A DNA stretch of 64,000 nucleotides from Candidatus Pelethousia sp. (GCA_034928145.1 JAYFPE010000005.1:17622-81621), one strand, 5' to 3'; shown: positions 1 through 8,612, counted from the first letter of the stretch. The notes: generated by a model not told the origin, from the letters alone. Program-made: numbers and translations.

Positions 1-135
1 AACATATCCATACAGCTCTTGACACAAGGCGTTATCCAACGATGGCTGCATCGGTGCACCGCCTATAATCAAAATTGCTAAGGCCAAAGAGATAAGCACA
101 AAAGCAGTGACCGGCTTCCATACCCGTATTCGCAT
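1..135 (-). CDS. 5' part of a gene for a signal/TM-anchored protein; continues past the left edge
   Basis: A minus-strand ATG at 135 opens MRIRVWKPVTAFVLISLALAILIIGGAPMQPSLDN... and the frame stays open to position 1. The N-terminus is hydrophobic. Confidence 0.35.
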   Translation of the reverse strand, partial: MRIRVWKPVTAFVLISLALAILIIGGAPMQPSLDNALCQELYGYV

Positions 136-155
136 TTTTTTCGCCACAGGTTGCA

Positions 156-1634
156 TCATTTATTTCCCCTTTCTGCTACAGGCACTACGGCTGATATAAG
201 CAAGACAATAGAAAACAGAAAGATTGCGTCTCCCATCCATATGGACAAAATCGGAAAGACCGAGGATATAAACAAATACTTCTGGCAAGCACACCAGATC
301 AGAATTCCAAACAGAATAGATGCTGCACCAACTCGAAGCAATCTGAAACTGGTTCGCTTTTGCTGATAAAAAATCAGGACCAGACTCAATACCATCAGTA
401 GGCTTGCTGAGATTAGCATCCCGATCACGGCGCAGAGTCCGTAATGTCCCCAGATAATCCTTCCCATGCCAACGGACGGAAACGCTCGCCACTGCGCCCA
501 ATCACTTAAAACATATGCAATGAAAGGCCAGCTTCGTTGGCTGTTTGTAAGGATTACAATGGCATCGCCTGTTTCCGGAACAGTCTGGAAATGCGTCATG
601 ATGCCGTTGCCCTGGCCGCCGTGAGAAACTGAGAGCGCACCGTTTGGCAGCTTTTCGATATAGTGACCAAATCCATACGCCTCAAATATCAAACCGTAAA
701 TGCCGATTTTATGGCTTTGTGGAGCATACAGCAGCTTGATGCTTTCGCCACTTAACACAGAGTTTTCTTTCATCCCCACCGCCGCAAAGCGGGCAATATC
801 GTGAGCTGTGGCAAACAGACCACCCGAAGCCTTTGAGGGATAGAGATAGACCGGCACCGGCCTCCCGTCGAGGTTATAACCCGTTGGAGGATAAGGCGTC
901 GCCGTTGTGTCTATGTCAAAGGCTGCACTTTCCATGCCCAGAGGGAGAAAAATCTCCGTGCGGATATATTCCGAAAAGCTTTGCTCCGTGACATCCTCGA
1001 TTAATATTTCCAATAAATTATAACCTGTGTTGGAGTAGGAAAATCCCGTCCCCGCCTCGTGCGCCAGCGCCGCTTCCCCGGTCATCACATCCCGGTTAGA
1101 GGGCATTGTCTCGCCGGGGGAGTAGACATTGGTGAAATCGCCTAATGGCATCCCCGCAGTGTGGCTTAAAAGCTGCCGTGTTGTAATCTTTTCTGTCGGA
1201 TAGTCCGACTGCGGAAATCTCCAGCTTTTCAGGTACTGCGACACCGGAGCATCCAAGTCGATCAAGCCCTTTTCCACAAGTCGCATAACGCCCCAAGCTG
1301 TAACGGATTTTGTAATGGATTGAACGCTCATAGGAGTATTGACCGTCAGTTCTCTGCCGCTCGCCACATCTGCATATCCATAGGCCTCAGTCCATACGAC
1401 TTCATCGTCCTTCACAAGCCCGATGTTGCAGCCCGGAATTCCATACTGCTTCATCAGATCAGGAATGCGCTCGTCCATATGTGCCTTAAATTCATCAAGC
1501 GGCGCATCGGCGCTCATATTCCTCTTGATTTGCAGACTGTCGGAAAACAGCATGACGAGCAAGCTAATCAGTATGGATATAAGGATAAACCATATCCACA
1601 TCCTATAACCTCCGAGTATTTTTTCTCTTTTCAT
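156..1634 (-). CDS. Serine hydrolase, class C beta-lactamase / PBP-related, with C-terminal TM segments
   Basis: SxxK motif (SITKS) and YxN motif (YSNTGYN) in the translation. N-terminal TM helix and a hydrophobic C-terminal third. Confidence 0.8.
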   Translation of the reverse strand: MKREKILGGYRMWIWFILISILISLLVMLFSDSLQIKRNMSADAPLDEFKAHMDERIPDLMKQYGIPGCNIGLVKDDEVVWTEAYGYADVASGRELTVNTPMSVQSITKSVTAWGVMRLVEKGLIDLDAPVSQYLKSWRFPQSDYPTEKITTRQLLSHTAGMPLGDFTNVYSPGETMPSNRDVMTGEAALAHEAGTGFSYSNTGYNLLEILIEDVTEQSFSEYIRTEIFLPLGMESAAFDIDTTATPYPPTGYNLDGRPVPVYLYPSKASGGLFATAHDIARFAAVGMKENSVLSGESIKLLYAPQSHKIGIYGLIFEAYGFGHYIEKLPNGALSVSHGGQGNGIMTHFQTVPETGDAIVILTNSQRSWPFIAYVLSDWAQWRAFPSVGMGRIIWGHYGLCAVIGMLISASLLMVLSLVLIFYQQKRTSFRLLRVGAASILFGILIWCACQKYLFISSVFPILSIWMGDAIFLFSIVLLISAVVPVAERGNK

Positions 1635-1655
1635 AACTACACCTCATCATTTCAC

Positions 1656-2438
1656 TCACCGCACGGTACGCACATTCCACTCCAAATGTCTGAGCCTCAA
1701 CAGGGTGCGGGCCGTCATAAAAACGATGAGCAGCACTGTCACAGCTATCGGGATAAGTAACGATAGAGTAACCGAGGGCATAAGTTTTTGCGCTTCAACC
1801 AACAATCCGGAAGGCGTCCATCTCTGAACATTAAGCAAGGAAGAAATGAAGTGTATTCCGAATGCGGTTGCCAGCGTCAAAAACCCAGCGGGAATCGGCT
1901 TTCTTAGTAAAACACCCCACATAATCAGGCAGGAGAGTAAAAACAGCACATAAATCCCCTGTAGCAGCCCGCCATATAAAATAGGCATAACGCCGATTTC
2001 AAAGCCAAAGAGAAGCCCGGAATAACCGTAATCGGCAAGTAGCGCGATGGTGAGAATCAACACCATTAGGACACCGAAAACCAGCAATTTCGCACCAACC
2101 ATCTGTCTATAGCGTTTGTCGGCACATAAGGGCAGTACCCATGTGTTATCCCTAATCTCAGACGCCGTAAGTCCGCATAACGTAAATGCAATGATGATGG
2201 TTCCGATTTGCGACACATCATCCATATAGTTGCGAATACAGTCAAGCTGTGTCATATCGGTCAGGCCGCTGATACCCTGCGTCGTTTCCCCGCCAAGCTG
2301 ACCGGATAGAACCATCGGAAGCACCACCTTGAGCATCACGGGCGCAAGCAAAGCTAAAAATAGAAAGCTTGCAAATAGAATCAAAACTCGACCACTTCTT
2401 ATGGCGTATCGCAGTTCCTTGATAATCTCGGTCCTCAT
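1656..2438 (-). CDS. ABC-2 type transporter permease
   Basis: Polytopic membrane protein with about six hydrophobic spans, immediately downstream of the ABC ATPase gene with an 8-nt gap. Confidence 0.65.
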   Translation of the reverse strand: MRTEIIKELRYAIRSGRVLILFASFLFLALLAPVMLKVVLPMVLSGQLGGETTQGISGLTDMTQLDCIRNYMDDVSQIGTIIIAFTLCGLTASEIRDNTWVLPLCADKRYRQMVGAKLLVFGVLMVLILTIALLADYGYSGLLFGFEIGVMPILYGGLLQGIYVLFLLSCLIMWGVLLRKPIPAGFLTLATAFGIHFISSLLNVQRWTPSGLLVEAQKLMPSVTLSLLIPIAVTVLLIVFMTARTLLRLRHLEWNVRTVR

Positions 2439-2445
2439 TTCGCTT

Positions 2446-3333
2446 TCACCCCCGCAAAAACAAATCCTCTAATCGCGTCTTGCGCAGGGAAAAGGATTTT
2501 ATCACGATTTCATGATCTGCCAAGAACCTCATCACTGATACGGAAACCGTATTGTCCGCCACTTTGATAGTTAAGGATTTTTCAGATTTTGTTAAGGACA
2601 CTACGCCTGTAAGTCGCTCCAATGCGTCCAATATATTCGATTCGACTGAATGAACAGGAGTGACGTCAAAAATCGGCTGTGTGTTCTCTTTTTGAAGCTG
2701 CGCAAGTGGTTTTTCAAACATCATCTGCCCGGCGTCTACCATGCCGACCGTGTCGCAGACACGCTCCACATCGTCTAAAATATGCGTGGAAAACAGAATG
2801 GTTTTACCCATGCTCTTCAATTCCTTAATAAGGCGCAGCACCTCGCTTCTTCCCTCCGGATCAAGCGCGGAGGACGGCTCGTCAAGAATAAGCAAAGCTG
2901 GCTCGCGTATTAATGCGGCACCGATGCCAAGCCGCTGTTTCATGCCTCGCGAAAAACCGCCAACGCGGCGGTGGCTCGCATCGGCAAGCCCAACCCACTC
3001 CAGCATTTCGACGATACGCCTACGATTTATACCGTCTCCAAGATATTCAAGCATCTCATATGCGGTCATCCATGGATAAAATCTTGGATCTTCAGGAAGA
3101 TATCCGACTTGCACGTCTCCTGGATGCTTTATTTCCGCAATATTTCTTCCATTTACGGTGCATTCACCCTTTGTTGGATGAGATAGTCCGGCAAGTATGT
3201 TCAACGCTGTTGATTTACCGGCTCCATTATGTCCGATAAAGCCATATATTTCGCCTTTTTTGACGTGCATATCCACGTTCTTGAGGGCATGAAAATCTTT
3301 GAACTCCTTTTGAAGTCCCTTTACAGTTATCAT
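2446..3333 (-). CDS. ABC transporter ATP-binding protein
   Basis: Walker A GHNGAGKST, signature FSRGMKQRL and Walker B LLILDEPSS. The start is moved to the MITVKGL ATG at 3333, which follows an AGGA SD. Confidence 0.9.
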   Translation of the reverse strand: MITVKGLQKEFKDFHALKNVDMHVKKGEIYGFIGHNGAGKSTALNILAGLSHPTKGECTVNGRNIAEIKHPGDVQVGYLPEDPRFYPWMTAYEMLEYLGDGINRRRIVEMLEWVGLADASHRRVGGFSRGMKQRLGIGAALIREPALLILDEPSSALDPEGRSEVLRLIKELKSMGKTILFSTHILDDVERVCDTVGMVDAGQMMFEKPLAQLQKENTQPIFDVTPVHSVESNILDALERLTGVVSLTKSEKSLTIKVADNTVSVSVMRFLADHEIVIKSFSLRKTRLEDLFLRG

Positions 3334-3438
3334 CAATATTCCTTCTTTCTGCCGATGGTCAGGAAGGTGGTGGAAGAAAGCAGATGACAAACAGGCAAAT
3401 GACAATCCATCACCTTTGATGTTGTTCTGTTTTATTTG

Positions 3439-3900
3439 TCATCTCTCTCCATCCTGGTTTTCAATCTCTACAATGACATTCCGCTTATCTTCGTCGATAT
3501 AATACTGAAACTTAATAATCTTGCCCGTGTTAGGTTGCATATCTCCGAATTTATCCTTAAGCTCTTCAGACAACATAAATACTTTCGTTGCTTTTTCTTC
3601 AGGAACACCCGAAATAGCTATCTCTATAAAGCTACTGTCGATTTGTCCCTGATAAGTTCCTGTATCAATTTTAAGGTCTCTTTCTAATTCATTTCCGCTC
3701 TCGGCCTTGTCTGACAGCGTATCAACCGGCGATGCATGCTCGCCTTTATTTTGAGGCGGCTGCATCTCTTCCCGTTGTTTTACCGCATCACTTGAATTAT
3801 CCTCGATGTTTGAGTGCAAGAAAAAGCTGCTTTGTCCAATAATCAAAATTATGAAAATCACCAAAAAGATAAAGGAAAAAATCAAAATAATTTTTTTCAT
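3439..3900 (-). CDS. Hypothetical N-terminally anchored extracytoplasmic protein
   Basis: MKKIILIFSFIFLVIFIILIIG signal/anchor sequence. A GGAGGTG SD lies 5 nt upstream of the ATG at 3900. Confidence 0.5.
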   Translation of the reverse strand: MKKIILIFSFIFLVIFIILIIGQSSFFLHSNIEDNSSDAVKQREEMQPPQNKGEHASPVDTLSDKAESGNELERDLKIDTGTYQGQIDSSFIEIAISGVPEEKATKVFMLSEELKDKFGDMQPNTGKIIKFQYYIDEDKRNVIVEIENQDGER

Positions 3901-4009
3901 ACAGCACCTCCACAGTTTAAATAATCTTAACAATCAAATTTTTCACATACATATCCGGCCTCTTTAATGCTTGGAATCCTCCATCTTTTTACATGCCATT
4001 TTACCGTAA

Positions 4010-4222
4010 TCATTTGAATTCCTTCTTTCTTCCTACCAAAAGGAATAAAACCGGACCAATCACGTTGGCAAAAAGACAGATAAAAAACCATGCCCATATA
4101 TTCAGGTTTTGTACGCCCTCCCTAAAAATTTTGATGCTGCAGTACACTGCGAGACTGATCTGAAGGAGAATAAGCGGAGAGAGGATCAGGAGCATATCCT
4201 TCGTAAGTGCAAACTCGTTCAT
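4010..4222 (-). CDS. Small two-TM protein, PLDc_N (YxlE-like) family
   Basis: WAWFFICLFANVIGPVLFLLVGRKK is the typical PLDc_N second-helix motif. A GGAGGTG SD lies upstream. Confidence 0.6.
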   Translation of the reverse strand: MNEFALTKDMLLILSPLILLQISLAVYCSIKIFREGVQNLNIWAWFFICLFANVIGPVLFLLVGRKKEFK

Positions 4223-4251
4223 AACGTTACACCTCCTGTTTGATTAATGGA

Positions 4252-4431
4252 TTATTTGTCTCGCGGTTTTTTATTTGTAGAAACCGCTCCGAGAACTACG
4301 CCCACACCGGCTCCAATGCACAGCCACAGAACTATGTTCTGAAGAAGAGCCCCAAGCACAATGCCGACAGCAGCACACAAGCCTATAGCTGTCCCCATAT
4401 TCCAATAATCTGACATTTTTCGTTTTTTCAT
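4252..4431 (-). CDS. 59-aa glycine-zipper small membrane protein (below the ORF-track cutoff)
   Basis: Hand translation gives MKKRKMSDYWNMGTAIGLCAAVGIVLGALLQNIVLWLCIGAGVGVVLGAVSTNKKPRDK. An AAGGAGG SD lies 7 nt upstream of the ATG at 4431. Confidence 0.45.
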   Translation of the reverse strand: MKKRKMSDYWNMGTAIGLCAAVGIVLGALLQNIVLWLCIGAGVGVVLGAVSTNKKPRDK

Positions 4432-4450
4432 TCGATTCGACCTCCTTTGA

Positions 4451-4717
4451 TTACTTTATGTTAAAATAGTTGTTTCCCCTGATTACTTTTCTGGCTTCAC
4501 AGCATGTTTGCTTCTTTTTACGCTGCGCTTCGCGTGCCTCAGTAGCATAGAAACTTGGGTGTGCGTATTCCTGCGATAGATGTCGCACAAATTTAACTAT
4601 TTTCTTGAAGATACTCTTTATCAGCGTCATTTTGATACCTTTCTCGAACACGGTTTCTGGTTTTTCCATGTTCATTATAGAAGATAAGGCGGTCATATGA
4701 TAAGTTACCGGAGTCAT
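4451..4717 (-). CDS. Doubtful small basic ORF
   Basis: An open frame only, with no convincing SD at any of its ATGs. It lies after the terminator of the regulator operon. Confidence 0.2.
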   Translation of the reverse strand: MTPVTYHMTALSSIMNMEKPETVFEKGIKMTLIKSIFKKIVKFVRHLSQEYAHPSFYATEAREAQRKKKQTCCEARKVIRGNNYFNIK

Positions 4718-4730
4718 GTGTCGGGTAATA

Positions 4731-4755
4731 AAAAAACGGAAGCCGCAGCTCCCGC
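4731..4755 (-). terminator. Rho-independent terminator after the response regulator gene
   Basis: On the minus strand, CGGGAGC-UGC-GGCUUCCG forms a 7-bp stem with one G-U pair, followed by UUUUUUU. Confidence 0.55.
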
Positions 4756-4772
4756 TCTTAAAAGCATAATTT

Positions 4773-5408
4773 TTAGAATCCCAATTGTTTGAAGTGCAAT
4801 ATGGCGTTTGCTCGGTCAGTGATTCCGGCTTTGCTGTAGATTTGACTGATATAGTTCTTAACCGTACCGACGGTCAAAAAGAGCGTCTGAGCGATTTCCT
4901 GATTGCTTTTCCCCTGCATCAGCAAACGAATGATATCCTGTTCACGTTGCGTAAAGTCCGAAACCGATGTTTCCGGTTTGCCTTGTTTGCCGATATGCTT
5001 TGTGATTTTGGCGGCAATATTCCCCGGCAAAATCACACTTCCTCGCACGGTGTCACGGACGGCTTCGGCCAGCTTTACCCCGCTGATGTCCTTTAAAAGA
5101 TACCCCGAAGCACCGTGAGTGATGGCCCCGAGAATGGATTCATCGTCATCAAATGTAGTTAATACTAAAACCGCTGTTTCAGGAAAATCCTGCTTGATTA
5201 GGCGCGTTGCTTCCACGCCACCCATTTCCGGCATTCGAATATCCATGAGAACCACCTGCGGATGGTGGACTTTCGTTTGTTTGTAAGCCTCCATGCCGTT
5301 TTTTGCTTCCGCAACTACCTGAATGTCGGGATTAGTTTCAAGTAACGCGCGTAGCCCATCTCGGATAATTGTCTGATCGTCCGCCAACAGAATGGTAATT
5401 TGATTCAT
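4773..5408 (-). CDS. NarL/LuxR-family response regulator
   Basis: REC domain (ILLADDQ...VVLMDIRMP) plus a C-terminal LuxR HTH (SNQEIAQTLFLTVGTVKNYISQIYSK). Confidence 0.9.
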   Translation of the reverse strand: MNQITILLADDQTIIRDGLRALLETNPDIQVVAEAKNGMEAYKQTKVHHPQVVLMDIRMPEMGGVEATRLIKQDFPETAVLVLTTFDDDESILGAITHGASGYLLKDISGVKLAEAVRDTVRGSVILPGNIAAKITKHIGKQGKPETSVSDFTQREQDIIRLLMQGKSNQEIAQTLFLTVGTVKNYISQIYSKAGITDRANAILHFKQLGF

Positions 5409-6793
5409 TGCACATCCTCCTTTCTTTGCACGGCGGGGATAATGAGGCTAACAGTAAACCCCTCTCCCGGCGCGTTTTCTATTTCCAGTGTCCCGCCTAC
5501 GCTTTGCACACGCTCCCGCATGATGGATAGTCCGGAGCCGAACTTTATGTCATTCGTTCCACTACCGTTGTCTGAAAAAGCCAGTCGTAGCTGTCCTTTA
5601 TACTCACCAATCAAGATGTCCACATGCGTTGCCTGCCCATGTCTGATTGCGTTGGTTGTACATTCCTTTACCGCTGAGAGCAGTATGCCAGCTTGAAGCG
5701 GGGGCAGGGTAATTTCTGATTCCATAACAAGATGAATATCAAGCCCAGTGTCAAAACGGATTTCCTGAAAAAGCTGTTCAAGGATGGTGACAAAATCGGT
5801 TTCATTTCCCGCCCTAACTACTTTAACAGAAGCGCGAAGCTCCGAAAGCCCTCGCCGTACTTGCTCTTTGCCTTGATGTAGCTTTTGTGCCACTTGCGAC
5901 TCTGATACAAGTCCCTCTGCCGCTTCTAATGTCAGGACGGCTGCAGTCAGTGTATGGCCGACCGTATCGTGCATTTCGGCGGCAATGCGGTTTCTCTCCT
6001 CCACGACTGCTAAGCCCTTAAGCTTCTCGGATTGCTCTTTCACCGTACGGAGAGCCGATTCCAACTTAACACTTGTAATCATTTGCTTTTTCAATGTATA
6101 AAAAGCGATCAAGGCAAGTAGAACCACAATCGTGTTGACGAAAAAATAGCGGACAAGATCAGCCAGTTCAGCGCTTTCGGATAAAAGTATTGTTCTTGTC
6201 GTACTGCCCAAAAGATAAGCACCCAGCGCGCCGATCCCATAGATCTTTGCACGGGGGAGCGATGCGTGGTTGATTGCGCTGAACCCCGCAATGATGGAAA
6301 GAAATAAGTTATCCCCCGAAATATCCAGATATTGAATTGGAATGCACAAAACAAGCTGCAGCATCGGCAAAAGGGGTTCGGATATAAGGCGTTTTTTCTC
6401 TGGGAGCAAATTATATAGTAGCATTATGAGAAAAGAGATTGATAGCAGCCAAATCAAAGGGACGTACGTCGGAGTTCCGACATTCTCCGCAAGCATATGC
6501 AGACCCATCACTTGATAAGCAATCAGCAGCAGGAAAAAGATGCCTTTGTTTGTGAGGTGGTTCGCCCTTTCCACTTCGGCAGTGGTGGTGTCCTTTGGTG
6601 GTGTCTTTTCAGCGCGGAGTAGATGGAAGGCAATGGCGGCCAATCCGAAAATGGCGATAGACAAGATATATAAGGCACGATGGAACGGCTTTCGATTATC
6701 TTCTCTCACGCCCTCCACAATGCAGAGGATCTGCATTAATAGCTGAAGCAATACCCCCGGAAGCAGAAACGGCCAAATTTCTTTAATCTGCAT
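5405..6793 (-). CDS. HisKA_3-type sensor histidine kinase with a polytopic N-terminal sensor
   Basis: H-box EERNRIAAEMHDTVGHTLT and HATPase region (NAIRHG...DNGSG). Its stop overlaps the regulator gene start. Confidence 0.85.
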   Translation of the reverse strand: MQIKEIWPFLLPGVLLQLLMQILCIVEGVREDNRKPFHRALYILSIAIFGLAAIAFHLLRAEKTPPKDTTTAEVERANHLTNKGIFFLLLIAYQVMGLHMLAENVGTPTYVPLIWLLSISFLIMLLYNLLPEKKRLISEPLLPMLQLVLCIPIQYLDISGDNLFLSIIAGFSAINHASLPRAKIYGIGALGAYLLGSTTRTILLSESAELADLVRYFFVNTIVVLLALIAFYTLKKQMITSVKLESALRTVKEQSEKLKGLAVVEERNRIAAEMHDTVGHTLTAAVLTLEAAEGLVSESQVAQKLHQGKEQVRRGLSELRASVKVVRAGNETDFVTILEQLFQEIRFDTGLDIHLVMESEITLPPLQAGILLSAVKECTTNAIRHGQATHVDILIGEYKGQLRLAFSDNGSGTNDIKFGSGLSIMRERVQSVGGTLEIENAPGEGFTVSLIIPAVQRKEDVQ

Positions 6794-6820
6794 ATGGCTG
6801 TGTCCCCCCGCCGTCTTTTT

Positions 6821-7069
6821 TCACGATTCGGTTTCCTCCTCGTAGATAAAAATGTCCTCAATGGGTAGGTCAAAATATCGAGCGAGTTTAAAGGCTAAAA
6901 GTATCGACGGATTGTACCGCCCATTTTCAAGTGAGCCGATGGTTTGGCGGGAAACACACAGTGCGTCCGCCAATTGCTCCTGTCGGATACCTCTGGACTG
7001 TCTGAGTTCTTCCAGTCTGTTTTTCAAATCATTGAGCTCCTTTAAGTGTTTGGAAAGCGTACTTTCCAT
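6821..7069 (-). CDS. XRE-family (YozG-like) small HTH regulator
   Basis: LSRQTIGSLENGRYNPSILLAFKLARYFDLPIEDIF is a classic XRE HTH. It is the first gene of the regulator operon. Confidence 0.85.
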   Translation of the reverse strand: MESTLSKHLKELNDLKNRLEELRQSRGIRQEQLADALCVSRQTIGSLENGRYNPSILLAFKLARYFDLPIEDIFIYEEETES

Positions 7070-7072
7070 TGC

Positions 7073-7101
7073 AGTATATGCAAATCAAACAATAATGTCA
7101 A
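7073..7101 (-). promoter_or_regulatory. Sigma-A-like promoter abutting the XRE start codon
   Basis: On the minus strand: TTGACA (7101-7096), a 17-nt spacer, TATACT (7078-7073), then GCA and the ATG. There is no SD. Confidence 0.4.
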
Positions 7102-7307
7102 GTTTGTCTTCCGGTTTTAATAAATCATCTCAACTATTTTCAATATGAGCGGACATATCTTCGTTTGAAAATACGCCCGCTCATTATGCCTGTTTTCCGT
7201 ATTCAGTTGTTTACGGTGGTTCAAATCCCTCCAGTACGCCGAAAATGGCCGATGTCATCTGTGAAATTGAGGGGTGAAAAATCGAGGGTGAAAACCCCTG
7301 AAAAGGC

Positions 7308-7339
7308 AGATGCCATGCGGCTTTGACCGCATGGCATCT
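7308..7339 (-). terminator. Terminator hairpin downstream of tRNA-Leu
   Basis: Perfect 13-bp inverted repeat AGATGCCATGCGG/CCGCATGGCATCT with a 6-nt loop. A short U tract follows on the minus strand. Confidence 0.6.
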
Positions 7340-7356
7340 ATATACACCTAAAATTT

Positions 7357-7439
7357 TGGTGCGGCTGATGGGACTTGAACCCATATGGTTTCCCGGCAGA
7401 TTTTAAGTCTGCTGTGTATGCCGATTCCACCACAGCCGC
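7357..7439 (-). tRNA. tRNA-Leu (anticodon UAA), CCA encoded
   Basis: Reverse complement is GCGGCTGTGGTGGAATCGGCATACACAGCAGACTTAAAATCTGCCGGGAAACCATATGGGTTCAAGTCCCATCAGCCGCACCA. It has a 7-bp acceptor stem, anticodon loop CTTAAAA, a long variable arm and a TTCAAGT T-loop. Confidence 0.9.
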
Positions 7440-7475
7440 TTGCCTTCATTATTATACGGGCTGTGGGTGGCTGCG

Positions 7476-8612
7476 TCAACTGCCATAATAGGCGCCGCGC
7501 AAAAGGTTTTCCGCTTCCTTGGTGGAAGGGCGGCCTGTCTTGGGAAAAACAGAATCCTGGGAGACCTGCTCCGAGAGTGCCGGCAGTTTGCTCAAAAACT
7601 CCGCTTCCTCTATGCCAAAGGCCTGCACAGAGGCGGGCAGGCCGATTTGGCCGCGTAGGGTTTCCAACCGAGCGCAGAGGGCAGGCAGCGGGTCACCCGC
7701 CAAGCCGGCCGCCGTATAGACCTGAGCCGCCATCGCCTTGGCCCCGCTCTCCCAGCGCAGGGCGCGGGGCAGGAAGATTGCCTCCGCGACGCCCGTGGGC
7801 AGGGGCTTATAGAAGGCGGCGCAGGTATTGGCTGCAAGGGCCTCGCACAGGCCCATAGGCGCATTGGCAAAGGCCAGGCCGGCCATGCATTGGGCCTCGT
7901 GCAAGCTCTCCCTCGCCCGTACATCTCCGGCAACCGCGGCATCCAGTTGGGTTAGGATATCCCGGCCGGCGCGCAGGGCCAGGGGCTGGGCAAAGCTGCC
8001 CGCGCCGCGGCTCAGAGCCTCCAACACCTGAGAAAGGGCGGCCATGCCGCCCTGGGCTAACACCGGCCCCGGGCTGACCGCGGCCAGGTCCGGATCGACA
8101 ATAGCGATATCCGGCGCGAGCACAGGATCCAACAGCAGGTGGCGCTTGCCTTGGGCAGGGTCCAACAAAAAGGCCACGCCACCCAGGGCCCCCTCCCCAC
8201 CCCCGCCCGTGGGTGCGGCTATGAAGCGTGCCAAGCCCCGCAGCTTTGGCAGCGCACCATTCTGCGCCAGAGCATCCGGCATAGTGGCCGGGCTTTCATA
8301 AAATATCCACATGGCCTTGGCTGCGGAAATGCATCCTTCACTACCTACGGCCACGATCCAATCCGGCTTGAACTCCTGCATGGCACGCGCCCCCACCTGG
8401 GCCTGGGCCGGCGTGGGTCCGCTCCGCGCACAGATAAAACTTCGCACATTTAGCCCCGCCCCTTGCAGATAGCCTTCCGCCCGCTGCATAAAGCCGCTCT
8501 CGTGGCTCATGCCATCCCCCACGATCAAGGCCCGCCGCCCTTCCAGCTTACGCAATTGCGCCAGCGAGCCCCTGCCATAATAAATATTCCTCGGTGTAAT
8601 AAACCTTGCCAT
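7476..8612 (-). CDS. Iron-containing alcohol dehydrogenase family protein with degenerate active-site motifs
   Basis: Fe-ADH fold is recognisable over the full length. The start is moved to MARFITPRNIYYG at 8612, after a GGGAGG SD. See the finding on the missing ligand residues. Confidence 0.75.
   Translation of the reverse strand: MARFITPRNIYYGRGSLAQLRKLEGRRALIVGDGMSHESGFMQRAEGYLQGAGLNVRSFICARSGPTPAQAQVGARAMQEFKPDWIVAVGSEGCISAAKAMWIFYESPATMPDALAQNGALPKLRGLARFIAAPTGGGGEGALGGVAFLLDPAQGKRHLLLDPVLAPDIAIVDPDLAAVSPGPVLAQGGMAALSQVLEALSRGAGSFAQPLALRAGRDILTQLDAAVAGDVRARESLHEAQCMAGLAFANAPMGLCEALAANTCAAFYKPLPTGVAEAIFLPRALRWESGAKAMAAQVYTAAGLAGDPLPALCARLETLRGQIGLPASVQAFGIEEAEFLSKLPALSEQVSQDSVFPKTGRPSTKEAENLLRGAYYGS

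Larger units (their letters stand above)
1..7300. other. AT-richer accessory segment abutting the 3' end of tRNA-Leu; no integrase visible in the window
   Basis: Base composition changes visibly at about 7300-7440. AT-rich genes with strong GGAGG Shine-Dalgarno (SD) sites lie to the left, and G+C-rich core with GC-rich third codon positions lies to the right. Confidence 0.5.

Noticed and set aside
7385-7858. 157-aa plus-strand ORF overlapping tRNA-Leu and the Fe-ADH-like gene.
   Set aside because: It starts inside the tRNA, runs antisense to a recognisable gene, and has a Pro/Arg-rich composition.
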